A program made the position numbers and the translations under genes. The notes under the pieces were generated by a model, which worked only from the letters and a program-made list of their open reading frames with translations, was not told the origin of the DNA and did not search any database. A DNA stretch of 62,716 bases, the filler included, from Klebsormidium nitens (lineage: Eukaryota; Plantae; Klebsormidiophyceae), in the NCBI GenBank assembly GCA_000708835.1. It is 5 parts of 5 records of this genome, joined end to end, with 100 filler letters (N's around TTAATTAATTAA, not from the genome) between each part and the next. Parts side by side here need not be neighbours in the genome. Positions count along the whole stretch, not along the records: positions 28,119 to 34,572 come from DF238354.1; positions 34,673 to 40,916 come from DF238401.1; 3 more parts are not named here. The stretch is one strand, 5' to 3'. Positions 30,838-41,016 of the stretch are shown here, piece after piece (positions within the stretch are counted from its first letter, which is position 1; each line of letters starts with the position of its first letter).

Positions 30838-31752
30838 TCAGCCCTCAGCCACAAACCCCAGTGGGCTGCGGTAGACCGTCACCAGAGTCGCTTCTCCTCC
30901 CAAATATAGAACACCCTGTTCAGCGGTGCATCCCAGCTTTTCCCCGGTGATACCTTTCCGGTCACACGCTGCCAATCTTTCCGGCGACTCTTCCCCCTTT
31001 AGACCACGCCCTACCCACCGCCGCTCTTCCCTCCCGGAGAGAACTTCCTCCACCCAGCTTGGCGAGAAAATTTCTTCCTCAGAGTCAGCCGAGTACGTCT
31101 CGTCTGAGCCCGCCGTATTGGGGGGCTCTTCTTCCCTGGTCACGGGAACCCACCCTTTCCCACGCGTAAGATCTGTGCTTGAGTCCTTGGGGTCAGATAC
31201 CGGGTGATTCGATTGGGACTCAAGGTCAATAGAGGAGCCCCAACTGCGACAAAAAGTTGCCTCTTCGCTAAGCTGCTGCGGAGTGGCTCTGAATTGATCC
31301 AGCCACTGCTCATAGAAATGCTTCTTTTCTTTGAGTGAGGCCGCGAATGGCCCTTCCCTTGAAGTGACTTGGCTGGTGTCTTGAGTTTGTGCACCAGCAT
31401 AGTCAGTCAAGCGACCCCCCCTTCCTTCTGCCCACGTGTCAACTCCAGATTGCACGACGTACTCATACGCTTGCAAGCGCAAAGAAAGCCAGCTTGGCAA
31501 CGGAGAAGAGATGATGACCTTCGAATCGCAAGCAGTCGCCGGATCGCCAGACTTGCTCCCTGCGACGTTTTCTGGCAAACCCCGTAGTTGTAGAACTGTG
31601 TCATTACCAGAAGTCGCAGCCCTTTTGGAGTGCCGCATGGAAGAGCGTTGACGAGGGCTCTCGCTGCTTTCCATCTCCTCGGTTTGCTTGGCCATTCCCC
31701 TCGAGAAACAGCTCCAAAAAGGCATCTCTTCTGAATCCAGGAGAGCCTGCAA
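30838..31752 (-). CDS. Hypothetical low-complexity (Ser/Glu-rich) exon of an unresolved gene
   Basis: 304-codon open frame with a CAG acceptor near 31750 and a GTAAGT donor near 30835. No recognised domain. Confidence 0.4.
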   Translation of the reverse strand: MQALLDSEEMPFWSCFSRGMAKQTEEMESSESPRQRSSMRHSKRAATSGNDTVLQLRGLPENVAGSKSGDPATACDSKVIISSPLPSWLSLRLQAYEYVVQSGVDTWAEGRGGRLTDYAGAQTQDTSQVTSREGPFAASLKEKKHFYEQWLDQFRATPQQLSEEATFCRSWGSSIDLESQSNHPVSDPKDSSTDLTRGKGWVPVTREEEPPNTAGSDETYSADSEEEIFSPSWVEEVLSGREERRWVGRGLKGEESPERLAACDRKGITGEKLGCTAEQGVLYLGGEATLVTVYRSPLGFVAEG

Positions 31753-34421
31753 TCACTTCAGTGTGCTCTTGACAAAACTAAAGTGGCAATTGTAGTATGC
31801 CCTTGTTTCAACCACAAACGTATCAAAGGTTGACCAAAGATGGGAAGATTTTGAGGCGCCTCTTCCTTACCAACGCTTCTCACAAACACGGCTGTCTTAC
31901 CGGTGCTAAATCAACGAAAAGTAGGTTCTTTTCTGCCTAGGCTTGCTCTTTCTACATGTCCCGTACCGCTGCCAAGGAGGACAAGCAAATCAGAAAGATA
32001 TAATAGATCCTGCTAAGTCTTTTCAGTCGTGCAGTCCTGCTTGGAATTCCAGACAAGGCAGCTGAAAAAGGTGTTCTTTGAGATTTTTCCAGGACTTTCA
32101 AGCCTACGGTCTGAAGATTGGTACTCTGAAGGCCTCTTCCCTCCGTTCCCAGGAAGGCCACGTCTTGCAGTGTAAAGAGCACTGGTAACATTCACTGGGT
32201 CGCTATCAACCAAAGGCGATGCTGACGTTCAACGGTGACTGCTGCATATGCACAGTCCACAGTCTTCTTCGATTTCAGCAGAACAGCTGCACCAGTCCAA
32301 TTCTCCACGGGTGTAACTTTACATCAGAAGGTCAGAGGAAGGTTCTCGATGACATTTGATGGCGACGACTGCTGTATACGTCGTTATTTCTCTCCCCCAA
32401 CTGCGAACACACGGCTGCATTCAATCAGCCTGGTTGGCCTGCTAGTATACCGTATCACAAGGTCAAAGGAAAGGGTTTCGAGAAAGTCAGAGTGTTGCTG
32501 CGAAACACCTGAAAGTGGCAACTGAAAGCAAGTATCGTCAAGAAGAAAGTACGGAGTCACTAAAGAGAGACGAATCGAAAAGCAGATTCGAAGAAGCGGA
32601 TGCCCTGTACCATTGGATCGGATGACGTGACAGACTGCAAGGAGCCAATCATTGAGCCGTACAGGGCCATCCCCCTAGCTAGCCTTGCGACTTCGAAAGC
32701 AACTGCGTACCTTATCTACTTCCAAAAGCGATGTGACGTGCGAGTAGGAAGAACATGACTGTATTGTCTTGAACAGCTGATTTATGCTCCCTTTATCACG
32801 GCGACCATGTCTATATCGCAGGTTTTGTAGATGTGGAACCAGTCGAAGCTGGCCTCTTAACTAAGGAAAGCATAGTGGATAGAGAGGACACCTGCAACAC
32901 GTTCTAGCTCGCTTCTGCAAATCAAGACACGCTCGACTATTTGGACATGTGTCGGCGCGATCGAGCAGGAACACAAAGGTTATCGTAAAGAGGACACCAG
33001 GAAAGTATTTACAACGAGCTTTGGCTGTACAAGTGCAATCGCGCTCTCTTGGCATACCCCATTTCATATACAAGTAGGTTCGAAGAGTGAAAGTCAAGGC
33101 AAGAGCTGCGCCAGAGCCATAAACTACATCTAGTGATCGGAGTTGCCCTCCGGCTTCCCAGCTGCGGCTTGCTGTCTGCTCCCTGGAAAACGCTTCTGCT
33201 TCGCGAGACTCTTTTTCGCTCTCATTTATGCAATCAACTCGCGCACTTGATCGGCACATGTAATCGATGCGGATGGGGCAATGGAGTCTTGCCTCAATTG
33301 CGATGCGGCTCTAGCTTTAAGCTGCAGCTGCAGAGGATCGGTGACGTAATCAATCATGGCACGAGTGCTTCTGACATCTAGCACGCACCTCTTAGTTCAG
33401 TGCAGCGTTGGGTGTGAAAATCCGCGAAATATTAGCGCGGCCGCGCAAGACAGCTTTAGGATGCGGCCCCGGGGCAAGCCTCGGGCGGCAGCGGCCGCGT
33501 TCGCGGCCTGTAAAACCTCCGAGTCTGTCAAGGGGACACGCGGCCGCGGTGCGACATCGTCAACACCGTACGTGGCGCGTTTCGAAGCTGCGCGCGGCGC
33601 GGCTGCAATCACGATGTCAGTAGCGAGGTTTGGATTTTTGAGGAGTAACTTGAGGTTGACTTTTCTGTCTTCTAGCCAAATCTTCCTCACTTCTCATTCT
33701 TGCAGATTTGCAGCACATGCGCTTCCGTGAGGCATTTCTGACGCTCTGGATTTGCGATTACGGGCGAAAGCTACAGCGAAGGTTTCTGCAAGAGAGAGAA
33801 GCAACGTTCTGGACCGCCGAGAGATTCTGAGATTGAGAGAGAAGACCTGGAAATAGAGTCTGAGAGAGAAGAGTTTTGAGACGCGAGAGGTTCCTCAGAC
33901 GAGAGAGAGAAGAGCAGAGCACACTCCTGCAGGGGTCTGCGAGAGAGCGAAACGATTAAGAGCAGGCTTGGTTTTCTCGATTTGAGGTCCACAACGTTTG
34001 TTCAGTTATTTGAGGCAGTGACTTTGCGACTCTTCTTGGTGTTGTTCTTTCCTATTCTCCCTCTTTACTCCTGTGTCCTCGCCTTCTTGCTTTGCCAGTC
34101 AAACATCTTCCTTTCCATCACTAGATACTGGCACGGAGAATCTGTTCTACTCTGCTTGTTTGTCCCATTGGGTTGATAGAAAGTGAAAGGAACAAGGGCA
34201 AGATCAACACCACAAAACAGAAAGAACAAATCACAAAAAGCAAAAAACCAAAAAAACCAAAAAAATTAGAAACAAAGAAAATACAAAACATCTCTTCCTC
34301 TTTGCTTCATTCCACGAGAAACCTGTGCTCTTCCTTTCCCATGCCTGTGCTTTTTTGAGAGTAAACGCCTATTAAATACTTCAACTTTTGCATTCAGCCA
34401 GAGATTTGTTCATCACACACT

Positions 34422-34572
34422 ATGGCTTTCTCTGCTGTCTTCTGCGCCGTAGGCTCTCTTGCGTGTGCTGGCCTGTCCGCCCTTTCCCGTCCATCCGTGT
34501 GGGTGAACGGCAAGCCGCTGACGAGGACAGCCATCCTCGACACCGGCGCGATGCCATTGCTGATTGGGAAGA
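34422..34572 (+). mobile_element. Retropepsin-like aspartic protease fragment (retroelement-derived), cut by a gap
   Basis: PSVWVNGKPLTRTAILDTGAMPLLIGK has the hydrophobic-DTG motif, in the same context as the protease at 60239-60400 (FLINGVALDWLTIDTGCESVII). Confidence 0.6.
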
Positions 34573-35047
34573 NNNNNNNNNNNNNNNNNNNNNNNNNNNN
34601 NNNNNNNNNNNNNNNNTTAATTAATTAANNNNNNNNNNNNNNNNNNNNNNNNNNNNNNNNNNNNNNNNNNNNGGACGTCTTCTCGACATGGCTCTTGTGA
34701 TTTCATCAAGCGTAAAGAAGCAAGTGCCTTGCGAGGTGCGAGTCTCGAGACTCCTCGACTGAATATGGAGTCTCTTCGTGAGTCCTAACTAATCAGTCTT
34801 TAGGAAGAAGGCAAGAAGACGCAATTTTTCTGAGAGGCGCTCTTGCTGAGGTGATCCCAAGACGTGCTGAGAAGCTTCGCATGGTTTCCGCACATGTGAA
34901 GTAGATAGGCAGCGTGTGACCCTGTCCAACCGTCACAACAGATAGGCTTGGCTGCATCGAACGGCGAAGCCGAACACAACTTATCCTGAACGGTGACATC
35001 GGCTCACTGAAGCCGATCCATCCGGGATATTACGCCTTCTTGCAGAC

Positions 35048-35158
35048 AGCCACACAGTGCGTCGTTAAGACGTAACCGCTACCGTTTCGCTAACTCGCGG
35101 TCAACGAAATCCTGTCGAGAACGAGGTTAGGCTTACAGTCGTAATCGTTACAGTACCG
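35048..35158 (+). repeat. Left copy of a >=110-bp inverted repeat (partner 40804-40916)
   Basis: Manual alignment to the reverse complement of 40804-40916 shows 8 substitutions (all transitions) and one 2-nt indel. Confidence 0.95.
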
Positions 35159-35196
35159 AAAAGCCTCTCAGGGAGCTCGGCAACATTCCGATACCA

Positions 35197-36945
35197 GTGT
35201 CGTTATTGGCCAATCCTGTACGTTTGCACCCGACTCATGACTGGAGTACCTTCCCGAATAACATAAGAACGCTGTCGCAGGATGCTGTGAAAGCACAAAT
35301 GAATCTTATTCGGCGCAACGTGACGCAGCAGTGCTATCGAGGCATGGCTGCAATCTTCTCAGCCATGTATCTCGTCGACGGACGCATCATTGCTGAGGGC
35401 AAATGCTTTCATTATTGGAACGGTCGCAGATGGATAATCGATAACGCGTTCCATATACAAACCGTATTCAGCAACCATATGGCTCGTATCATGACTTGGT
35501 ACTCGAAACAGAGATTGAATGCTTTCAAGCGGGAGATTTGCGTGCATATGAGAGGCTCTGCAACAGAGCAAAACGTTTTATCAACGCCAGAACCAGTCCT
35601 TCCAGATTGGGCATTGAAGCCAACGACCGAAGAAGAAAGAAAAGCATGCAGCACTGCATGGAGAATGGTCAACAAAACGTATCCATTTCCAACGAAGAGG
35701 GATCTGGTGGATCTGACACGGGGATCCGAGGTTCGTGTATGTCTTGAATTTGTCATGAACTCCTTGCAGGCTTCCCAACCTCTCAGCGAGATGATGGATA
35801 TTGCCAATCCGTTCTTGTTTGCCTGTCAGACGGGCGTCATTGATACCGAGACCGGAGAGTTGCTCACATTTCATCCTGCTCACCTGTGTTCGCGCGCGTC
35901 AAAAGCAACTTTTCGTGGAATGCCAAAGGCCGGAAGCCGATTCGAGAGGTTCCTGTTTGATTGCTTCAACGATGACAGAGAAGTACTCGACTGGTATCAG
36001 CTCTTCTGCGGCTATTGTATGATGGCAGATACGAGTGAACAATTGTTCCTCGTCAAGCAAGGCAATGGAGCTAATGGAAAATCGTTGACAAAGCTGGCAA
36101 GTCTCGAAGCTCTAGGCAATTACGTTGTCGTTATGTCAGAAGACTGCATCATTGAGGCTGGTAAACGGTCGGCTGGCGCGGCTTCGAGCCACATCATGGC
36201 TCTTCGGGGCGGATGGCTTGCTGAAACAGACGAGTCGCGAGAGAAAGCAGTTCTAAATGAGGCCGCAATGAAAGCCCTATCAAGCGGGGGGACCACTACA
36301 GGGCGCGAGCTGCATAGCAGACAAGAAACATTTGAGCTCACCGTGAAAACCGTCCTCAACACGAACTACAAAACAATTCTTCAGAACGTATCCTACTGTG
36401 TCACTCGACGCTTGGCACTACTCCCGATCTTGGTCACTTTCTTAACTCCTGAAACACTTGATTTTAGCAAACCACGCCAAAAGCTTATCGATACTACTCT
36501 TGAAGCATACCGGAAAAGCAACCAAGGTCGAGATGAAGGTCTATCATGGTAAACACAAGGAGCAAAGTGCTATCATGAACTCAAGCGAACGAATCCCAAC
36601 ACGCTACCACTTATGCGCAGACCTCGTGTCATGGAAGAAGCTGTTAGAGCATACATCAACGACTCGGACATTGTGAGGCGATGGATCGTCGATTGTCTCG
36701 AATTCGAAGATATTCAACCGGGAGAAAGAGCGACATGGCACTTGGCCGTTGGCGAACGGCTCGGAGAGGTGTTTCGAGCTTGATTGAAAGAAGAAGACTT
36801 GACTAGCTCTCTGTCGGCGACGGCGCTGAAAAAGCGCATCTTGGAGTATGCTGAAGGCAAGAATCGGGTGGTTGCAGACGGCCGATTCACTGATAGCCAA
36901 GTCAATCCCGAGGACAGTTTAAAGGCCTTTCGGGGGTTCGACTGA
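35197..36945 (+). pseudogene. Intronless D5/P4-family primase-associated SF3 helicase with two in-frame stops
   Basis: D5_N-like FHYWNGRRW and LFACQTGVIDTETGELL, Walker A GNGANGKS, Walker B region LAETDES, motif C TVLNTNYK, Arg finger VTRRLALLP. The frame continues past TAA 36550-36552 and TGA 36781-36783 (EEAVRAYINDSDIVRRWIVDCLE...) to TGA 36943-36945. Confidence 0.9.
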
Positions 36946-37291
36946 AATCCGGCTATGAATTTCATGTGTAAAGGTAGGTGACGACGATTCGAGCGAGCGC
37001 TTACATGCTATAGACTTTGCAAGCTGATTGCTTGGTAAGATATATTTTCCAGGTCTAAGTTATGGGCTTCTGGTCTGCAGACCAAAAGTCTGGTCTGCGG
37101 CCCCATCTAGGCACGATTATGCCACTGGCACAAGTACCTTTCTCGTTTGCACCAAAGTGATGTAGCTTCTTATGATGATAACGACCATACGTATTATGCA
37201 CATCAATGCTGTTGGAACATGCCTGCCGCATATGATCAAACGTACAAGTCATGGTAACTTTTCAATTGATGTCTTTGCTTTAATAGGGTGT

Positions 37292-40200
37292 TTAGTACAT
37301 CAAGAGTCGTTGTCGTACAGCCGGACTCCACGTGTCCGCTCTGCCCGCAATGCGCAGCTTTGGTTCGTCAACCCGTGCTGGATCGCTATTCCTTCCGCTA
37401 ACTAGATTAGCGAGGATGACCATGAACGCTACGAGGCTGCTATACCACGCTTGCATCTTGAAGGTGACGAGGAACGCGTTGCACGACTCCACTGCCGACG
37501 TATTGACCCATCGCACAGAGTCGTAGTAGTCTGCATATAATACGGGGATTGAATTAGTTCATCATAGGAAAGCCTTGAGACATGGCGTTGTAGAAGAATG
37601 CTGCATAGACATGCACTCTTAGAAGGCAGTCAAAAGTTGCCTCCCTTTTCTATAGAAGAGCAAGGGCGTTTTTGACTGAGGCACTTCAAACCCGTTTTTC
37701 TGCAAACGCTATGACTTGGCGCCTTCTTCGACTCAAGAATTGGTACCATCTTACAAATATGTCAGGGTCTTACCCGGATTGTAAGAAGGGCCGCATTTGT
37801 GCGCCTCCGCAGAAGTGCGTTGGAAGTGGAATCTGCAAAGATGAAGCATGGATTGATAAATAAAAAGGTACAAAGAGTTCACAGTTGAAGTGACTTGCGA
37901 CGCTTGCATGGCAACGGCGCAGAGGATCATTAAAGCTGTATTCAACAAGAGCCGCCCCTTGGCTTGCGCAAATCTTTAGACCTTACCTATCGACCAGGAA
38001 CCAAACGTTCGCAAAGAACGCTGGCTCTCTCCGCATCGCGTAGGCACGCAGCTTGCAGGCGTTGTCGTAGACCAGGTTTGAGGGGAGATCTTTCCGATTG
38101 AGGCGAGTGTACAGAACGGTCAATGGGTCTCGCGGCGACCCCCGCGGAGCATGACGTGGAAGCCACAGATGACACAATGAGGGCACGAAAAGACAAAGCC
38201 GCCCTTCGTGTGCCGTTGCAGACGCTTATTCTTCTTTAACCCGCTTTCCAGAGCGACCTTGGCATCGAACTCTCCAACGGTGAGCCCGCTCCGACACCGA
38301 TGCTCCTCGTCGTGCTCGCGAGACCTACCAAGGTCGTCTTCGAACGGTTCGTATTGCGGCAGAGGGCGTTTCTGTTTCCATCCTGGAATCGGATAGCAAC
38401 CAAGCTCTCGTTGCTCGCGGCAGTAAGGATGGTCCCGGGGAAGAGAGCCGCGCTCCGATCCGTCCGCCTCGAGACCGAGCCTGTCGTTCAACAGGATCCG
38501 TTCTNNNNNNNNNNNNNNNNNNNNNNNNNNNNNNNNNNNNNNNNNNNNNNNNNNNNNNNNNNNNNNNNNNNNNNNNNNNNNNNNNNNNNNNNNNNNNNNN
38601 NNNNNNNNNNNNNNNNNNNNNNNNNNNNNNNNNNNNNNNNNNNNNNNNNNNNNNNNNNNNNNNNNNNNNNNNNNNNNNNNNNNNNNNNNNNNNNNNNNNN
38701 NNNNNNNNNNNNNNNNNNNNNNNNNNNNNNNNNNNNNNNNNNNNNNNNNNNNNNNNNNNNNNNNNNNNNNNNNNNNNNNNNNNNNNNNNNNNNNNNNNNN
38801 NNNNNNNNNNNNNNNNNNNNNNNNNNNNNNNNNNNNNNNNNNNNNNNNNNNNNNNNNNNNNNNNNNNNNNNNNNNNNNNNNNNNNNNNNNNNNNNNNNNN
38901 NNNNNNNNNNNNNNNNNNNNNNNNNNNNNNNNNNNNNNNNNNNNNNNNNNNNNNNNNNTCCCCGCGCAAACAGCGTCAACCGATAAAGATGGTGTAGTGC
39001 CGGATGGAGAAATCGGGGGTAGCATTTACCGTAATGGTCCAATAGCCGGCGTAGGATTGGGGAATGCTCGGAAAGCACGACCCTGTCCTCATCGTTTGCG
39101 GCTCCTCCGAGGAGCAGCTTACGGACCACCCCCAAGGCTTTCCCGTGTTGGATGAGATTGGAGTCATCCGAGAGCAAATATGGGGCACCTAGAGTGTAGA
39201 GCAGTTCCGCCCATCTGCGGGGGCAGCGGGGAGGCCATTGGGGCTCGTCTTGCATCGCTTCTCTCTCGATGCCGTCGAGCAGCTCGAGCACGGCTTTGTT
39301 CTTCGACCGAACCTGGCCAACCTGATGAGCCGGGATCTGCCGGCGCCAGTGCAAGAACACTAGGTCTGCATCAGCATCGGCTGGATCCTGGACAAAGCCC
39401 GTGACGACTTGCACACATCGTCCCTAGCGAGCGCAATCTGCACAAAGACGCCAGATCAGGTCAGCTGCTCGACGCGAGCGTGCATGTGCACTGCAAATCT
39501 TTCTTTCGGATCTAACAAAAGGCTGAAATACTACAGTCAAAAGTCGCCTCCATTCCTCTAGAATATGACGGGCAACTTTTGACTCAACCCGTTTACCAGA
39601 GGGATGTGTTGCAACGCGCTGACAATCCGAACAAGGTTGCCGGAGGAAAAGACCATGCTTGCAACTAGATCAAAGTCATAGCAGAGCGCTGGCATGTAGC
39701 CCTTCCGGCAAATCCTTAGGTAGAAGTATTGCCTCTTGGCAAACACCCGGCCACCACAGTCAGAACGGCCCTCCTTCTCTCTATAAAATGAGGGGCGCCT
39801 TTTGACTGGCCTCTCTCTAAATCCGGCCTGCCGCAGCTGAGAGTGGGCCGGAGTCAAAAGAGTCCTCCTTTCTTCTAAGAAATCATTATGGGCGCCTTTT
39901 GACTGGCCTCTCTCAAATATCCGGCCTACCGCAAGCAAAAGACGGGCCGGAGTCGAAACGTACCAGAAGCTCCTTGTATTCTCGTGTACTCAGCGTCTTC
40001 CCTAGCTCTGGGTCAGCAGCATGGTGTCCGCTGAACCGCGCTAGAAGCGTCCGAAGCTCGGGTTGACGCATGAGACGCTTTTTCAGCCCCCCTCCCGAAA
40101 GAGACGCCGCCAGGTAGTTGCTTCTAGCCTCCATGACTTTCCGTACGTTGACTTCATCGGAGCCTTGACTTGGCGCTGTGAAGGGCCGAAGCAAGGCGGC

Positions 40201-40830
40201 ATTGGTTCCGGCAAGCCCGCCCTTCTGACGCGTGCTGTCAGCGCAAGCAAGCCCCGCAATGCCGTCGCATAGAAGCACCTTCACAAGAAAGATGATCCAG
40301 TGCTTTTCAAAGGGTGAACTTCATAAATCTTAGGTGCCCACGCTCTAAGGACGTCAGCAATAAGCGACCGCAAAAAGTTGGTGCCAGAGCTTGGACACTT
40401 TGAACACGGCGGCAGGATTGACTCGGGATGTGATGACGTCATCAAAGATGCCCAAGAATTTCAATGGTGGTTGGAAGAATCAAGTGTCTTCATGGATTGT
40501 GGACAAGGGACTTGAGTGATGCAAAACGCACCTCTGGATGTGGTCCGCAGAGGCTACAACACTCCATGATCTGCCGCCCGAACAGCTTGAAGAAGCCAAG
40601 GCTCGCCTTACGCCAACACTCTTCCGACAAGAGGGTCGCGCTGGGATTGTATTGACGCCGTACCGCACTCCCAGCTGCAATGAGCGGGCTGAAAGCAGCT
40701 CCCGATTTCTGAACGTATCGTAGCAGTATCTGACAAGCGACCTGCGTGACGACCACCGCGCGTGTCCACGCGTATAGTCCGAGCGCCTCTCCATTGAAGT
40801 GAACGGTATTGTAACGATTACGACTGGTTA
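37292..40830 (-). mobile_element. KDZ-type (Kyakuja-Dileera-Zisupton / HMGXB3-like) transposase gene, spliced, with a frameshift and a gap
   Basis: Exon pieces in order: VHFNGEALGLYAWT...CCSLCGPHPEV, KVLLCDG, HTKGGFVFSCPHCVICGFHVMLRG/SPRDPLTVLYTRL...LVYDNACKLRAYAMRREPAFFANVWFLVDR|FHFQRT...HKCGPSYNP|..VNTSAVESCNAFL. These are the CxxCG-P-DG, CPH, YDxAC, DxFH and SxxEQxN-like motifs of this superfamily. GT-AG introns. A -1 shift lies in the C-run at ~38140 and 38505-38958 is N. Confidence 0.8.
39793..39958. repeat. Two-copy 97-bp-period direct repeat with internal hairpin, in a transposase intron
   Basis: GGGCGCCTTTTTGACTGGCCTCTCTC...GGGCCGGAGTCAAAA at 39793 and GGGCGCCTTTTGACTGGCCTCTCTC...GGGCCGGAGTCGAAA at 39890. 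In each unit TTTTGACT..GGCC can pair with GGCC..AGTCAAAA. Confidence 0.85.
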
Positions 40831-40916
40831 AGCCTAACCTCGTTCTCGACAGGATTTCGTTGACCGCGGATTAGCGAAACGGCGGTGGTTACGTCTTAAC
40901 GACGCACTGCGTAGCT
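40804..40916 (-). repeat. Right copy of the inverted repeat; homology runs to the edge of the gap
   Basis: The reverse complement AGCTACGCAGTGCGTCGTTAAGACG... matches 35048 AGCCACACAGTGCGTCGTTAAGACG... Confidence 0.95.
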
Positions 40917-41016
40917 NNNNNNNNNNNNNNNNNNNNNNNNNNNNNNNNNNNNNNNNNNNNTTAATTAATTAANNNNNNNNNNNNNNNNNNNNNNNNNNNN
41001 NNNNNNNNNNNNNNNN

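Noticed and set aside
35040-35055. Target-site duplication for the helicase-transposase unit
   Set aside because: Homology between the two repeats continues to the gap edge, so the true ends and any TSD are not visible.
38120-39414. Long ORFs of 214-308 aa in several frames
   Set aside because: Their lengths are inflated by translation through the N gap; only the transposase frames are meaningful.
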